From Nitrosococcus oceani ATCC 19707 (GTDB lineage: Bacteria; Pseudomonadota; Gammaproteobacteria; Nitrosococcales; Nitrosococcaceae), in assembly GCF_000012805.1 (NCBI RefSeq), contig NC_007484.1, positions 1,380,001 through 1,412,000 on the forward strand: a stretch of DNA of 32,000 nucleotides, written 5' to 3'. The position numbers and the translations under genes were made by a program. The notes under the pieces are model-generated. The model was not told where the DNA came from. It saw nothing but the letters and a program-made list of their open reading frames with translations, and did no database searches. Each line of letters begins with the position of its first letter. Positions within the stretch are counted from its first letter, which is position 1. Below are positions 1-10,239 of the stretch, one piece after another.

Positions 1-1
1 A

Positions 2-1150
2 CTCCGCGACCCTGAAATCGGCAAGCTCATTGTCCCTATTATCCCCGATGAGGCGCGCACCTTTGGCATGGAATCCCTTTTCCGCCAGGTGGGAATTTAC
101 TCCCACGTGGGCCAGCTTTATGAGCCAGTGGATAGTTCCACCTTGCTCTATTATAAAGAAGCCACTGATGGGCAGATTCTGGAAGAGGGAATTACCGAGG
201 CGGGTTCTATGTCCTCCTTTATTGCCGCGGGTACGGCCTATGCCACCCATGGAATCAGCACCATTCCTTTTTTCACTTTCTATTCCATGTTTGGCTTTCA
301 GCGCATTGGGGATCTCATTTGGGCGGCCGGGGATATGCGCTGCCGGGGCTTCCTGGTGGGGGCAACAGCGGGCCGCACCACGCTTGCCGGCGAAGGGCTT
401 CAGCATCAGGATGGTCAAAGCCAAGTGCTGGCCTATTCTGTTCCTAACCTGAAGGTCTACGATCCCGCCTATGCTTATGAAATTGCGGTCATTATCCAGG
501 ATGGCATGCGCCGTATGTATCAACAGCAGGAGGATATTTTCTATTATCTAACGGTGACCAACGAGCTCTACCCCATGCCAGAGATGCCTGACGGGGTTCG
601 GGAAGGCATTTTAAAGGGCATGTACCGGCTGAAAACCACCGCGAACCCGGATGCGAAGCTGAGGGCGCAGCTTTTTGGCAGTGGCGCTATTTTAAATGAA
701 GTCCTTAAGGCCCAGGCGTTGCTGGAAGATTATCAGGTGGCGGCAGATATTTGGAGCATTACCAGCTATAAGGAGCTTTACTTGGACGGTCATTCCGTAG
801 AGCGCTGGAATATGTTGCATCCGCTGGAATCGCCCCGGGTGCCGTATGTGAAACAATGCTTAGAAGAAGCCCCGGGGGTTTTTGTGGCCGCTTCCGACTA
901 CTTAAAGGTATTACCGGACTCAATTTACCGTTGGTTTCCTAGGCCGGTGGTTGCCTTGGGGACGGATGGATTTGGCCGTAGTGACGGCCGCCGGGCGTTG
1001 CGCGATTTTTTTGAAGTCGATGCCCGGTTTATTACCCTGGCGACCCTGGCGGCGCTAGCCCGTGAAAAGAAGCTGGAGCCAGGGGTGGTCCAACAAGCGA
1101 TTCAGGATCTGAAGATCGATCCAGAAAAAGTCAATCCCATGATTTCTTAA
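2..1150 (+). CDS. aceE: Pyruvate dehydrogenase E1 component (homodimeric AceE type). C-terminal part only; the CDS continues upstream of the window.
   Basis: The frame is open from base 2 ([25 protein letters not shown]...), upstream of the first Met at 68. Typical AceE C-terminal segments are present ([45 protein letters not shown]). It is followed directly by E2 and E3 genes. Stop TAA at 1148-1150. Confidence 0.96.
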   Translation, partial: LRDPEIGKLIVPIIPDEARTFGMESLFRQVGIYSHVGQLYEPVDSSTLLYYKEATDGQILEEGITEAGSMSSFIAAGTAYATHGISTIPFFTFYSMFGFQRIGDLIWAAGDMRCRGFLVGATAGRTTLAGEGLQHQDGQSQVLAYSVPNLKVYDPAYAYEIAVIIQDGMRRMYQQQEDIFYYLTVTNELYPMPEMPDGVREGILKGMYRLKTTANPDAKLRAQLFGSGAILNEVLKAQALLEDYQVAADIWSITSYKELYLDGHSVERWNMLHPLESPRVPYVKQCLEEAPGVFVAASDYLKVLPDSIYRWFPRPVVALGTDGFGRSDGRRALRDFFEVDARFITLATLAALAREKKLEPGVVQQAIQDLKIDPEKVNPMIS

Positions 1151-1165
1151 GAAGGATATTGTCCT

Positions 1166-2509
1166 GTGGCGCGTGAATTCAAGCTTCCGGAATTGGGCGA
1201 GAACATTGAATCTGGCGATGTGGCCAAAGTGCTGGTGTCTCCGGGAGATACCCTGGAAAAAGATCAGCCAGTATTAGAGCTTGAAACCGACAAGGCCGTG
1301 GTGGAGATCCCTTCAACGGCCAGCGGTAAAATTAAGGAGCTAAAGGTTAAAGCGGGAGATCAAGTAGCAATCGGCCAGGTTATTCTTACCTTGGAAGAAG
1401 GAGGAGAAGAGGCCCAGGAGGATGTCCCCGCTGCTAGAGAAGAGCCGAAGCCCGAACAGGAACACAAACCCCCTGAAAAAAGCGCGGCTGCAACAGGTCA
1501 CCAGCAGCCGACAACAGATGTTTCTCCGATAGAGGCTCGTGGGGAGGGAGGAACGGAGCGAGAAAAAATTCCGGACTATGAGGCGACATCCTCGGCGCCT
1601 GCCCCGGCAACCCCGTCGGTACGCCGGCTGGCCCGGGAACTCGGCGTTGATATTCATGAGGTTGCAGGGTCTGGCCCGGGTGGGCGGATTTCTGGGGATG
1701 ATGTCAAACATTATGTCCGTGCCTTGATATCACAACGGCCTGCCCCCTCGGCGTCGGCGGTGGTTTCTCGGGCGAGCCCTTCCCTCCCTTTGCCTTCGTT
1801 TGAAAAATGGGGTTCGGTGGAGCGGGAGCCCATGAGCAGGGTTCGCCGCAAGACAGCAGAGCAAATGAGCCAAGCCTGGACTATTCCCCATGTGACCCAG
1901 CATGATCAGGCGGATATCACCCGGCTTGAACAAGCCCGGAAGCGTTTTGCCAAGCGGGTAGAGCAAGCAGGCGGCAAGCTCACCCTGACCGCTATTGCCT
2001 TGAAGGTGGCTGCCGCTGCGCTACAAGCTTTTCCCCGCTTTAATACATCCATAGATGTGGACGCTAAAGAGTTGGTCTATAAACAGTATTGTCATATTGG
2101 CGTGGCGGTGGATGCGGAACATGGCCTGTTGGTACCTGTCATTAGGGAGGCCGATCAAAAAAACATCGCCCAATTAGCGGTAGAGCTGACGGAGCTTGCC
2201 GAGAAGGCAAGAAGCCGAAAAATCGGTCCCGAGGAAATGGCAGGAGGCTCTTTTACCATTACCAACTTGGGTGGTTTAGGCGGCTCTTATTTTACCCCCA
2301 TTATTAATTGGCCGGAGGTCGCTATTTTGGGTCTCTCCCGAGCTAAAATGGCTCCTCTTTACATAGAAGGGGAATTTCAGCCCCGGCTGCTTCTGCCCCT
2401 CTCTCTGTCTTATGATCATCGGGTCATTGATGGCGCTGATGCAGTACGCTTTCTACGCTGGATTGTGGAGGCGCTAGAAGATCCTCTCCTGTTGTCCTTG
2501 GAGGGATAG
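1166..2509 (+). CDS. aceF: Dihydrolipoamide acetyltransferase (PDH E2) with a single lipoyl domain
   Basis: GTG start with GAAGGA about 9 nt upstream. One lipoyl domain (LETDKA motif), then a long Glu/Pro/Ala-rich linker. E3-binding domain (PSVRRLARELGVDI..V.GSGPGGRI). Catalytic domain with DHRVIDGA. Stop TAG at the C-terminus expected for this family. Confidence 0.96.
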   Translation: MAREFKLPELGENIESGDVAKVLVSPGDTLEKDQPVLELETDKAVVEIPSTASGKIKELKVKAGDQVAIGQVILTLEEGGEEAQEDVPAAREEPKPEQEHKPPEKSAAATGHQQPTTDVSPIEARGEGGTEREKIPDYEATSSAPAPATPSVRRLARELGVDIHEVAGSGPGGRISGDDVKHYVRALISQRPAPSASAVVSRASPSLPLPSFEKWGSVEREPMSRVRRKTAEQMSQAWTIPHVTQHDQADITRLEQARKRFAKRVEQAGGKLTLTAIALKVAAAALQAFPRFNTSIDVDAKELVYKQYCHIGVAVDAEHGLLVPVIREADQKNIAQLAVELTELAEKARSRKIGPEEMAGGSFTITNLGGLGGSYFTPIINWPEVAILGLSRAKMAPLYIEGEFQPRLLLPLSLSYDHRVIDGADAVRFLRWIVEALEDPLLLSLEG

Positions 2510-2563
2510 AGTTATTTTGGTAGTTGGGCTAAGTGGAATCATTTATGAAACCAATAAGAGGAA

Positions 2564-3988
2564 ATGGGCATGGCTAATGAAGCGGAATCGACGCAATTAG
2601 CCATTATCGGAGGCGGGCCAGGTGGCTATGCGGCCGCCTTTTTAGCCGCCGATTTGGGCCTGGAAGTCACCCTTATTGATGGGGAGCCTAATCCTGGGGG
2701 TGTTTGCCTCTATCGAGGCTGTATTCCATCAAAAGCTTTATTGCATGTGGCTAAGGTGATTAGCGAGTCGAAGGAAGCGGGCGCTTGGGGAATCCACTTT
2801 TCCGAGCCGGAAATTGAATTAGATAAACTTAGATCCTGGAAGGAACAGGTGGTGCGTAAACTGACGGGCGGGTTGGGGCAGCTCTCCCGGCAACGAAAAA
2901 TCAACTATATCCAGGGGCAAGCCGGGTTTAAGGATGCCCGCACCCTAGAGATAAAGAAACAGGAAGGGAAGGCTCAATTACGGTTTCAAAATGCAATTTT
3001 GGCCACCGGTTCCTATCCGGCTTCCTTACCCCACCTTTCCCCGGATAGCCCCCGCTTGCTGGATTCCACTTCCGCTTTGGAAATTCAGGATATTCCCAAA
3101 ACTTTGTTGGTCATTGGCGCCGGTTATATCGGTTTAGAGATGGCGACCGTTTATGCCAGCCTTGGCTCACAGGTCACAGTGGTTGAAATGACTGAAGGGT
3201 TGTTGCCGGGTGCGGATAGGGATTTGGCTTCGGTATTGGGCAAGCGCTTAGAGGGTGTTCTCCATAGCCTATTGTTCAAGACCAAAGTCACCCATATGGA
3301 GGAAGAGGCTAAAGGCATCCGGGTCCATTTAGAGGGGGCGGAGGAGGGCAAGCATCTCTTTGAAAAGGTGCTGGTTGCTGTGGGGCGTAAGCCTAATTCC
3401 GCTATCCCGGGGCTTGAGCGTACCCAGGTAGAACTTAATGATAAGGGTTTTATTCAAGTTAATGCCCAGCGCCAGACCACGGACTCGGCAATTTTCGCCA
3501 TTGGGGATGTGGTGGGAGAACCGATGCTGGCCCATAAGGCTAGCCATGAAGGCCGGATCGCTGCGGAAGTCGTTGCTGGGCGGCGGGTTTTCTTTGAGCC
3601 CCGAACTATCCCTGCGGTGGTGTTTACCGATCCGGAAGTGGCCTGGTGTGGCCTGACGGAGACAGAGGCTAAAGCAGAGGGACAGGCTATTCAGGTTGCC
3701 CGTTTTCCTTGGGCTGCCTCTGGCCGGGCGGTTACCTTGGATCGCACCGATGGTTTGACTAAGCTTATTATCGATCCAGAGACGGAAAGAATTTTAGGGG
3801 CAGGCATTGTAGGGCCAGGGGCGGGAGAACTCATTGCTGAATTGGTCCTCGCCGTGGAGATGGCTGCGGTGGCTTCAGATATCAAACTCAGCATTCATCC
3901 CCACCCGACTCTTTCAGAGACCGTGATGGAAGCGGCGGAAGTATTTTTTGGCCAAAGTACCCACCTTTATCGTCCTGCTAAAAAGTGA
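2564..3988 (+). CDS. lpdA: Dihydrolipoyl dehydrogenase (E3)
   Basis: FAD-binding GGGPGGY, redox-active disulfide GGVCLYRGCIPSK, NAD-binding GAGYIGLE, and the C-terminal interface motif HPHPTLSE. The second ATG at 2570 is better spaced from the AAGAGGA Shine-Dalgarno and may be the true start. Confidence 0.96.
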   Translation: MGMANEAESTQLAIIGGGPGGYAAAFLAADLGLEVTLIDGEPNPGGVCLYRGCIPSKALLHVAKVISESKEAGAWGIHFSEPEIELDKLRSWKEQVVRKLTGGLGQLSRQRKINYIQGQAGFKDARTLEIKKQEGKAQLRFQNAILATGSYPASLPHLSPDSPRLLDSTSALEIQDIPKTLLVIGAGYIGLEMATVYASLGSQVTVVEMTEGLLPGADRDLASVLGKRLEGVLHSLLFKTKVTHMEEEAKGIRVHLEGAEEGKHLFEKVLVAVGRKPNSAIPGLERTQVELNDKGFIQVNAQRQTTDSAIFAIGDVVGEPMLAHKASHEGRIAAEVVAGRRVFFEPRTIPAVVFTDPEVAWCGLTETEAKAEGQAIQVARFPWAASGRAVTLDRTDGLTKLIIDPETERILGAGIVGPGAGELIAELVLAVEMAAVASDIKLSIHPHPTLSETVMEAAEVFFGQSTHLYRPAKK

Positions 3989-4155
3989 GGTGTTTTTTAC
4001 CTATTAATCTTTAAGATCTTGCACCAGTATCCAGCTATTATAAAGCAGATAGGAATTTTCTTAGAAAAAAAGCGGTCTAAGGAAAATATGTTAACGTATT
4101 TATTTGATTTTATATTTTTGATGCGAAATGCTCCAAGTAATTGACAGGGGAATAA

Positions 4156-4725
4156 GTGATCCCTCCTATCCTACGCCTTGATGTTACAGGGGACCCGACA
4201 ACCTGGATTCCTTGGCAAGAGGCAGCAGCGCTTTATGTCAAAGAGAAGGTGACATGGACTGCGGGTAATACTATTTACCGAGTCCGGGGGGGAATTAGCC
4301 GATTAACAGGGCGGCAGTCCCATTTAGATCTAAATTCGATTATCGCTTGTGAGGGTAAGGTTACCCGATATAAATATGATCTGGTTCCTCCTCTGAATAA
4401 TCGTGAACTATTCCATCGAGACCGCTATACTTGCCTCTATTGTATGGGTACGTTTCGGGACAGCCAGCTCACCCGTGATCATGTTGTTCCCCGCTGCCAA
4501 GGGGGGGATGATTCCTGGACTAACGTAGTGACCGCTTGCCGTAGCTGTAACCAGAGAAAGGATGGGCGCACGCCGGAGGAGGCGGAGATGACTCTCCTTG
4601 CCGTGCCCTATGTTCCGAACTATGCGGAATGGTTAGTACTCAAGAATCGCCGTATTCTGGAGGATCAAATGGAGTTTCTCAAATCCCGCTTTCGCCGTCG
4701 CGGAGAAGAGCTGTCCTTTTCCTAA
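4156..4725 (+). CDS. HNH endonuclease family protein: N-terminal domain of unknown function plus C-terminal HNH/zinc-finger nuclease
   Basis: GTG start with AGGGGA 6 nt upstream. C-terminal half carries CLYC...DHVVPRCQGGDDSWTNVVTACRSCNQRK (CxxC, DH, N, CxxC, the classic HNH beta-beta-alpha metal finger). I do not recognise the N-terminal ~95 aa as a named domain. Confidence 0.85.
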   Translation: MIPPILRLDVTGDPTTWIPWQEAAALYVKEKVTWTAGNTIYRVRGGISRLTGRQSHLDLNSIIACEGKVTRYKYDLVPPLNNRELFHRDRYTCLYCMGTFRDSQLTRDHVVPRCQGGDDSWTNVVTACRSCNQRKDGRTPEEAEMTLLAVPYVPNYAEWLVLKNRRILEDQMEFLKSRFRRRGEELSFS

Positions 4726-4786
4726 TATCAAAGCTGTAGCCATTCTCTATAGCTTACTAAGATGGCCTGATATTGAGGTAACCACT

Positions 4787-5749
4787 ATGGCCGGGCGTCA
4801 ACGGATACTCACTGTTCTCAATCAAGATGAGTTAGATTCTCAACCGGAGCCAGCACTGGAGCGCGGAGTATTTATTGCCAGAGAAACCAATGCAATTCTG
4901 GAGTTATTTGTCAGCGAATATCACCCCTCATTCTATACCCCCCTCATTGGTAAATCCTTGCATAATGAGTGGAAGCCTGAAACCTATATCCGCTTTGCGC
5001 TATCACAATTACAGGAAATTTCTGAAAGGCTGGCCCATCGGGAACAGTTAGACGTTTTGGCCGATGCTGCTTGGAATCGCCATCAATACGATGGGATTAT
5101 GGGAAAAATATCTCGTATCAAACCGGATTTAATCATTAAGACTACTCGCCATGATAATCGGCTGAATCGAACGTTTTTTAATTACACTGACTGGCACCTT
5201 ATCCGGAATTGCCCTTGCCCGCTCATGTTAGCAAAGGGCGAGGACAGCTGGGAGACGCGCGCTGTAGTGGCTTGTGTCGACCCGTCCCATCTTCATGGCC
5301 GTATGGAAGCCCTGGATAATTCGATAATTGAAATTGCGCAATGGCTCGCCTACCGCTTGAAGGGGGAATTGTATATTTTTCATGCGATTGACTTTATGCC
5401 TGAATCCGTATTTAGGCTTTGGCAGCCAGGCTCTAATTATAACACCTATAAAAAAGAAAGCCGTCAGGAACATGAAACACTTTTAAATGAATTATTGAAG
5501 CCTTATGGAATAGGTTCCCAGCGGATTCATATTCTTGAGGGTGGATCGGCGGAGACTTTGTTATCTTTTGCGCAAGAAACGAATGCTAGTCTCGTTGTCA
5601 TGGGAGCGGTTTCCAAAGGTACACTGGGAAATTTGTTAATTGGTAATACCGCAGAAAAAGTATTAGATGCTTTGCGCTGCGATATATTGGTTGTCAAGTC
5701 TAATCCTCTTGAGGTTAAGGAGCTGAATGCTGAACTTGTTTTTAGCTGA
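4787..5749 (+). CDS. uspE: Universal stress protein E-like (tandem Usp domains)
   Basis: 320 aa. Recalled similarity to E. coli UspE along the length (RILTVL..., TDWHLIRNCPCPLMLAK, GNTAEKVLDALRCDILVVK). Two Usp-like halves. Confidence 0.82.
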   Translation: MAGRQRILTVLNQDELDSQPEPALERGVFIARETNAILELFVSEYHPSFYTPLIGKSLHNEWKPETYIRFALSQLQEISERLAHREQLDVLADAAWNRHQYDGIMGKISRIKPDLIIKTTRHDNRLNRTFFNYTDWHLIRNCPCPLMLAKGEDSWETRAVVACVDPSHLHGRMEALDNSIIEIAQWLAYRLKGELYIFHAIDFMPESVFRLWQPGSNYNTYKKESRQEHETLLNELLKPYGIGSQRIHILEGGSAETLLSFAQETNASLVVMGAVSKGTLGNLLIGNTAEKVLDALRCDILVVKSNPLEVKELNAELVFS

Positions 5750-6198
5750 CGGCGTTTGATTCCTCTGAAGGGACGCCACTAGGTAGAATGAGAAAAGTGC
5801 CGCTAAAGATTAGGTAGTATAGATCTATGCTTGACTGGAAATTTTCCTCCACAGCCCCTAGGCTTATAGAATAAGTTCATATCGCTTATTTAGTATTTGA
5901 CAGAACGGCTGAAGTTATTCGAGGGAGGATTTAACGTTTAGATTAACGATGTTTTGTTTGCCATAGTTTTTGCGAGGGGCACTTCACTTAAATTCCAGGT
6001 GAGCAGTTTGGATATCAGGGAGTTAACAATGAAAGCTCCTAAAAATCCTATTCACCAAATGAGTTAGGATATCCATTCAAGTGATAATTTTTCCTGCTTA
6101 TGCTCCCATGGATTGCTCTTTTAAAAATATGCCGAAAATGCCTTCCCCGAAGGTTATAAATGTGAGTTTCAATTAAAGAATTTTTAAATTAATTTAAT

Positions 6199-9189
6199 AT
6201 GGTGAATTCCGCGCTTAGAAGGGTAAGAACATCACCGGCTTGGATAAGAAAACGATGGGTGCGCAACAGTGCTCTAGGGGTAGTAATTATTCTCCTTATC
6301 TATACCTTGGTTGGTTTTTTTCTTGTTCCCTATCTGCTAGAGAAACAACTAATCAATTACTTAAAAGAAAATCTGGGTGTAGAAGCAAAAGTTAAGGAAA
6401 TCACGCTGAATCCCTATGCGTTGACTCTAGCGGTTAATAATTTTTCCTTTCACAAGTCGGGCCATCCTAAGCTGTTTGGTTTTAAGCAATTCTATGCCAA
6501 TTTCGAGCTTTCAAGTATATTTCGTAAAGCGTGGGCCTTCCAAAAAATTAGTCTAACTAAGCCTTACCTGAGGCTGCAAATCAATAAAAATGGACAGGTT
6601 AATCTTGCGGAATTACTGCCCGCGGATGAAACGCCGGCGCTAAAAGAGCGTAAAAAAGAAGTACCGCTGACAAGCGATCAGATCCTTATAACTGGAGGAG
6701 ATATCCATTTCATTGATTTGACTCAGCCTACTCCCTTTGAAAAAAAACTAGAAGCCATTAATGTGGATTTAAAGAAATTTAGCACCTTACCTGAGAATGA
6801 TGGCAGTTATTCCTTTAAGGCCACCACCCAGGCGGGGGAAATCCTGCGCTGGAAGGGAGAGGTTACCTTAAGTCCTTTACATTCCAAGGGGACTTTTGAG
6901 CTTGTGGGAGGTAAAGCCCGTACACTCTGGAAGTATTTACGAGACCAAGTGGCTTTTGAAATTACCAGTGGCCGGATGGATGGGCGTGGGAATTACACCT
7001 TGGAGAGCCAGGAAAGGGGATTACAGATTATTTTGAAGGGCGTAACGTTTGCATTGACCCAGTTAGGTCTTAAGCCCAAAGAGGGTAATAGGGAAATCCT
7101 TACAGTGCCAAAGTTGGGGTTTTCCGGGGGGCAGTTACGGTGGCCGGAAAAAATCATTGGGGTTAAGTTTATCTACATGGGCGGAACTCAGGTACGGGCC
7201 TGGCTGAATAAGCAAGGCGCATTAAATTGGCAGAAATTATTCAAAAGTAAAAAAGCCGATAGAAAAATGACGGAATCAACCGCTAATTCTTCATCCTTAA
7301 GCTGGCGGGCGGCGATAAAAAAGATCAAGGTTGAAAACGTTAGCGCCAGCCTGCAAGATCGAACGATCGAACCACCAGCCACGTTAAATATTAGCGATTT
7401 AGGTTTACAGCTTATTGATGTCACTTCAGTACCCGGTTTGGCGTCTACTTTTAATTTGCAATTCCATCTTAACAAGCAAGGTCAGCTTTTAGCTCGAGGT
7501 CATGTCACGGCGTTGCCCCCGTCCGCTGATTTAGAAATCCACCTAGAATCCCTTTCCCTATTACCTTTCCAGCCCTATTTGAATCGTTTTCTTAAACTGA
7601 AGCTAATTTCAGGTAACCTGGAGGCTAAAGGAAATGTCGCCTACGCTCAAAGTAATGATGCTCCTAACTTCCAGTTTAAGGGCGATCTGGTTCTGCAAAA
7701 ATTTGCCGCGGAGGATACTTTGCTAGATGAGCGTTTTCTAGGGTGGGAGAATTTAAAATTTGAGCGGGTATTGGTTGGGTTATTTCCTTCTCGGATTCAT
7801 ATCGATAACATAGCACTGGATGCTCCTTACGGAAAAGTGACGATTAACGAGAATAAGAAGATCAATATCAAAGAAGTATTAAGTCCCTTAGCAGGGAAGA
7901 AAGAAAGCCAGTCTGCAGACCCTTCCTCTACTTCCGCATCTAAGCCGCTTCCTATTGCTATTAATTCAATTCGAATTAAAAAAGGTTCGGCCAATTTTGC
8001 CGATCTAAGCGTGTCTCCGAAATTTTCCATGGGTATCCATTCGCTTCAGAGTGAAATTCAAAATCTATCCTCGATGGACCAAGGTAGATCTTCCATTTCT
8101 TTGGAGGGAACCGTGGAGTCCTATGGAGAAATGAGTATGACAGGAAAGAGCAATCTTTTTGCTCTAGAACGCGCCACCGAGTTCAGCGCCTTTGCCAGGA
8201 ATATTGCTCTTCCTGAATTCACGCCTTATGCAACGGAATTTTTGGGATACCCGATAGAGAAGGGGAAATTATCCCTTGATCTCACCTATCGGATTAAAGA
8301 AGACCAAATCCAGGGTAAGAATGGGATTCTATTGAAAAATCTGGATCTAGGAAAAAAAGTTGAAAGTCCAAAAGCCATCGATGCGCCCATAAAGCTGGCA
8401 ATTGGATTGCTTAAGGATTCTCAAGGAAAAATTGCTATTCAGGTGCCTATTGAAGGGAATTTGAATGCACCTAAGTTTAGCTATGGGCATCTTATCGGTG
8501 AGGCTTTAACGGGTGTTATTGGTAAGGTCATTTCCTCGCCGTTTAGACTGTTAGGAAGCCTAGTCGGCGCCAAAGAAGATGTAGATTTAGGATTTATTGA
8601 ATTTAGACCTATGGGCAGCAAGTTGTTGCCTCCGGCTCAGGAGAAGCTTTTACAGTTGGCTAAGGCTTTAAAGAAGCGCCCGGAATTGCAGTTACAAATA
8701 CAAGGCAGGTATGATCCTATCACGGACTCCAATTTTTGGAAAAAAGAAAAATTTGAAGTGATCCTGTCAGATCAACTTAAACAGCAAAGTGGTGCTTCGG
8801 ACAAAGGCAAGAATGCCCTTGTTCGGCAACAAGCATTAGAGCAGCTTTATTTAAAGCAGTTTTCTATTAAGTCTCTTAATCAGCAGCGCGCTCAATATGG
8901 ACTTCAACCGGTAAAGACAGGCGCAGGAAATGTTGAGCCGAATAATGCTTCTTCTCTAGAGAAGAAATTGTCTTCTTATCGGAAAGCACTTGAGAAAAAA
9001 CTTATTGAAGCGCAGCCAGTCAGTAAAAATAAACTCCAGCAGTTAGGGCAGGAGCGGGCAAATGCCATTAAGGCATATCTGGTCAGCAAGGGAGGCATTC
9101 AGGAAAAACGTCTAGGGATACTTCAAGTCGAATCGACTCAATCACCAGCGAAAGATTTCGTTCGTTGCCAGCTTCATATCAGTAGCTAG
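6199..9189 (+). CDS. DUF748 domain-containing large envelope protein (AsmA-like), with an N-terminal membrane anchor and a split OmpA-like C-terminal region
   Basis: 996 aa. Basic N-terminus followed by one TM helix (ALGVVIILLIYTLVGFFLVPYLL). The following segment (ITLNPYALTLAVNNFSF...FYANFELSSIFRKAW.F..ISL..PYLRL....NGQVNLAELL) matches my memory of DUF748 N-termini. The C-terminus resembles OmpA-like motifs (LQIQGRYD...ERANAIKAYLVSKGGI...RL). The function call is by recollection, not search. Confidence 0.7.
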   Translation: MVNSALRRVRTSPAWIRKRWVRNSALGVVIILLIYTLVGFFLVPYLLEKQLINYLKENLGVEAKVKEITLNPYALTLAVNNFSFHKSGHPKLFGFKQFYANFELSSIFRKAWAFQKISLTKPYLRLQINKNGQVNLAELLPADETPALKERKKEVPLTSDQILITGGDIHFIDLTQPTPFEKKLEAINVDLKKFSTLPENDGSYSFKATTQAGEILRWKGEVTLSPLHSKGTFELVGGKARTLWKYLRDQVAFEITSGRMDGRGNYTLESQERGLQIILKGVTFALTQLGLKPKEGNREILTVPKLGFSGGQLRWPEKIIGVKFIYMGGTQVRAWLNKQGALNWQKLFKSKKADRKMTESTANSSSLSWRAAIKKIKVENVSASLQDRTIEPPATLNISDLGLQLIDVTSVPGLASTFNLQFHLNKQGQLLARGHVTALPPSADLEIHLESLSLLPFQPYLNRFLKLKLISGNLEAKGNVAYAQSNDAPNFQFKGDLVLQKFAAEDTLLDERFLGWENLKFERVLVGLFPSRIHIDNIALDAPYGKVTINENKKINIKEVLSPLAGKKESQSADPSSTSASKPLPIAINSIRIKKGSANFADLSVSPKFSMGIHSLQSEIQNLSSMDQGRSSISLEGTVESYGEMSMTGKSNLFALERATEFSAFARNIALPEFTPYATEFLGYPIEKGKLSLDLTYRIKEDQIQGKNGILLKNLDLGKKVESPKAIDAPIKLAIGLLKDSQGKIAIQVPIEGNLNAPKFSYGHLIGEALTGVIGKVISSPFRLLGSLVGAKEDVDLGFIEFRPMGSKLLPPAQEKLLQLAKALKKRPELQLQIQGRYDPITDSNFWKKEKFEVILSDQLKQQSGASDKGKNALVRQQALEQLYLKQFSIKSLNQQRAQYGLQPVKTGAGNVEPNNASSLEKKLSSYRKALEKKLIEAQPVSKNKLQQLGQERANAIKAYLVSKGGIQEKRLGILQVESTQSPAKDFVRCQLHISS

Positions 9190-9229
9190 AATTTAGGGAT
9201 GGAAATTTAATAAAGCTTTAGGATTCCTT

Positions 9230-10120
9230 ATGCTGAATCTCTTACATATCTCTGATCTTCACTTTGGGAATCCTTTTTTGCCTGATATTGGTGAGGCATT
9301 GCTGCATAAAATTAGTGGATTATCTCCCGATATTCTAGTAATTAGCGGTGACATTACGCAGCGAGCTAGGCCAGAGGAATTCAAGGCGGCTAGGGCTTAT
9401 TTTGATCGTATGCCCCCGATACCCCAGCTAGTAGTCCCTGGAAATCATGATATTCCTCTTTATCGAATTTTTGAAAGACTTTTTCAGCCCTATAAACTTT
9501 ATCATCGCTATATTGATAAGGAGCGTAATATCGTACTGCGGCAAAACAATGCTGTCATTGTAGGTCTCGATTCTACTAATCCCTATTTTGCAATTACTAA
9601 CGGTCGAATTCGCCGAGAGCAATTAGATTTTTGTGCTGAGGCATTTGCCATGGCACCGCCGGAAGCAGCGAGAATTGTGGTCGCCCATCATCACTTTGCG
9701 CCAGCACCGGATTATAAAGGCGGTGAAATAATGCCTAAGGCTAAACGGGCGCTGGACTTTTTCACTGGACTAAAGGTTGATCTTATCCTGGCTGGTCATC
9801 TACACCGTGCTTATATAGGTAACTCATTGGATGTTTACCCGGGGGAAGACCGGGAGCATGGTATCATTATCGCTCAATGCGGCACGAGTACTTCACGGCG
9901 TGGCAGGGTGCGGGAGCAAGAAAAGAACTCTTTTAACCGGATAGAAATTATGAAAGATTCCATTCGGATCTTTCATTATATGTATTTTACGGATTATGGG
10001 GATTTTTATCCAACGGCGCGGCATGAATTTGTCCGGCAAAGTCAGCGTAATTACTTAGTGGAGAGTCCTCTTGATAAAAATAATGAAGAAATGCTGGATA
10101 CTAGTTCAGAAAAAATCTAA
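9230..10120 (+). CDS. Metallophosphoesterase (calcineurin-like phosphoesterase family)
   Basis: All signature motifs are in order: ISDLHFG (DxH), SGDITQR (GD), PGNHD (GNHD/E), VAHHH, AGHLHR (GHxH). It lies 40 bp downstream of the DUF748 gene on the same strand. Confidence 0.85.
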   Translation: MLNLLHISDLHFGNPFLPDIGEALLHKISGLSPDILVISGDITQRARPEEFKAARAYFDRMPPIPQLVVPGNHDIPLYRIFERLFQPYKLYHRYIDKERNIVLRQNNAVIVGLDSTNPYFAITNGRIRREQLDFCAEAFAMAPPEAARIVVAHHHFAPAPDYKGGEIMPKAKRALDFFTGLKVDLILAGHLHRAYIGNSLDVYPGEDREHGIIIAQCGTSTSRRGRVREQEKNSFNRIEIMKDSIRIFHYMYFTDYGDFYPTARHEFVRQSQRNYLVESPLDKNNEEMLDTSSEKI

Positions 10121-10239
10121 TCTTACTATGGTAGGGCGAGGGCGCCACTAGAAAAATTTATTAGAGTAATAAGGAATATTTTTGTAATAGGCATTTTTCC
10201 TCTGTTCTACTCACTATTGATAGACATTAGGAATTATAT

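Noticed and set aside
30-452. 140-aa plus-strand ORF at the left edge
   Set aside because: It is out of frame and entirely inside the aceE coding region. The Pro/Arg/Trp-rich translation is typical of an off-frame read.
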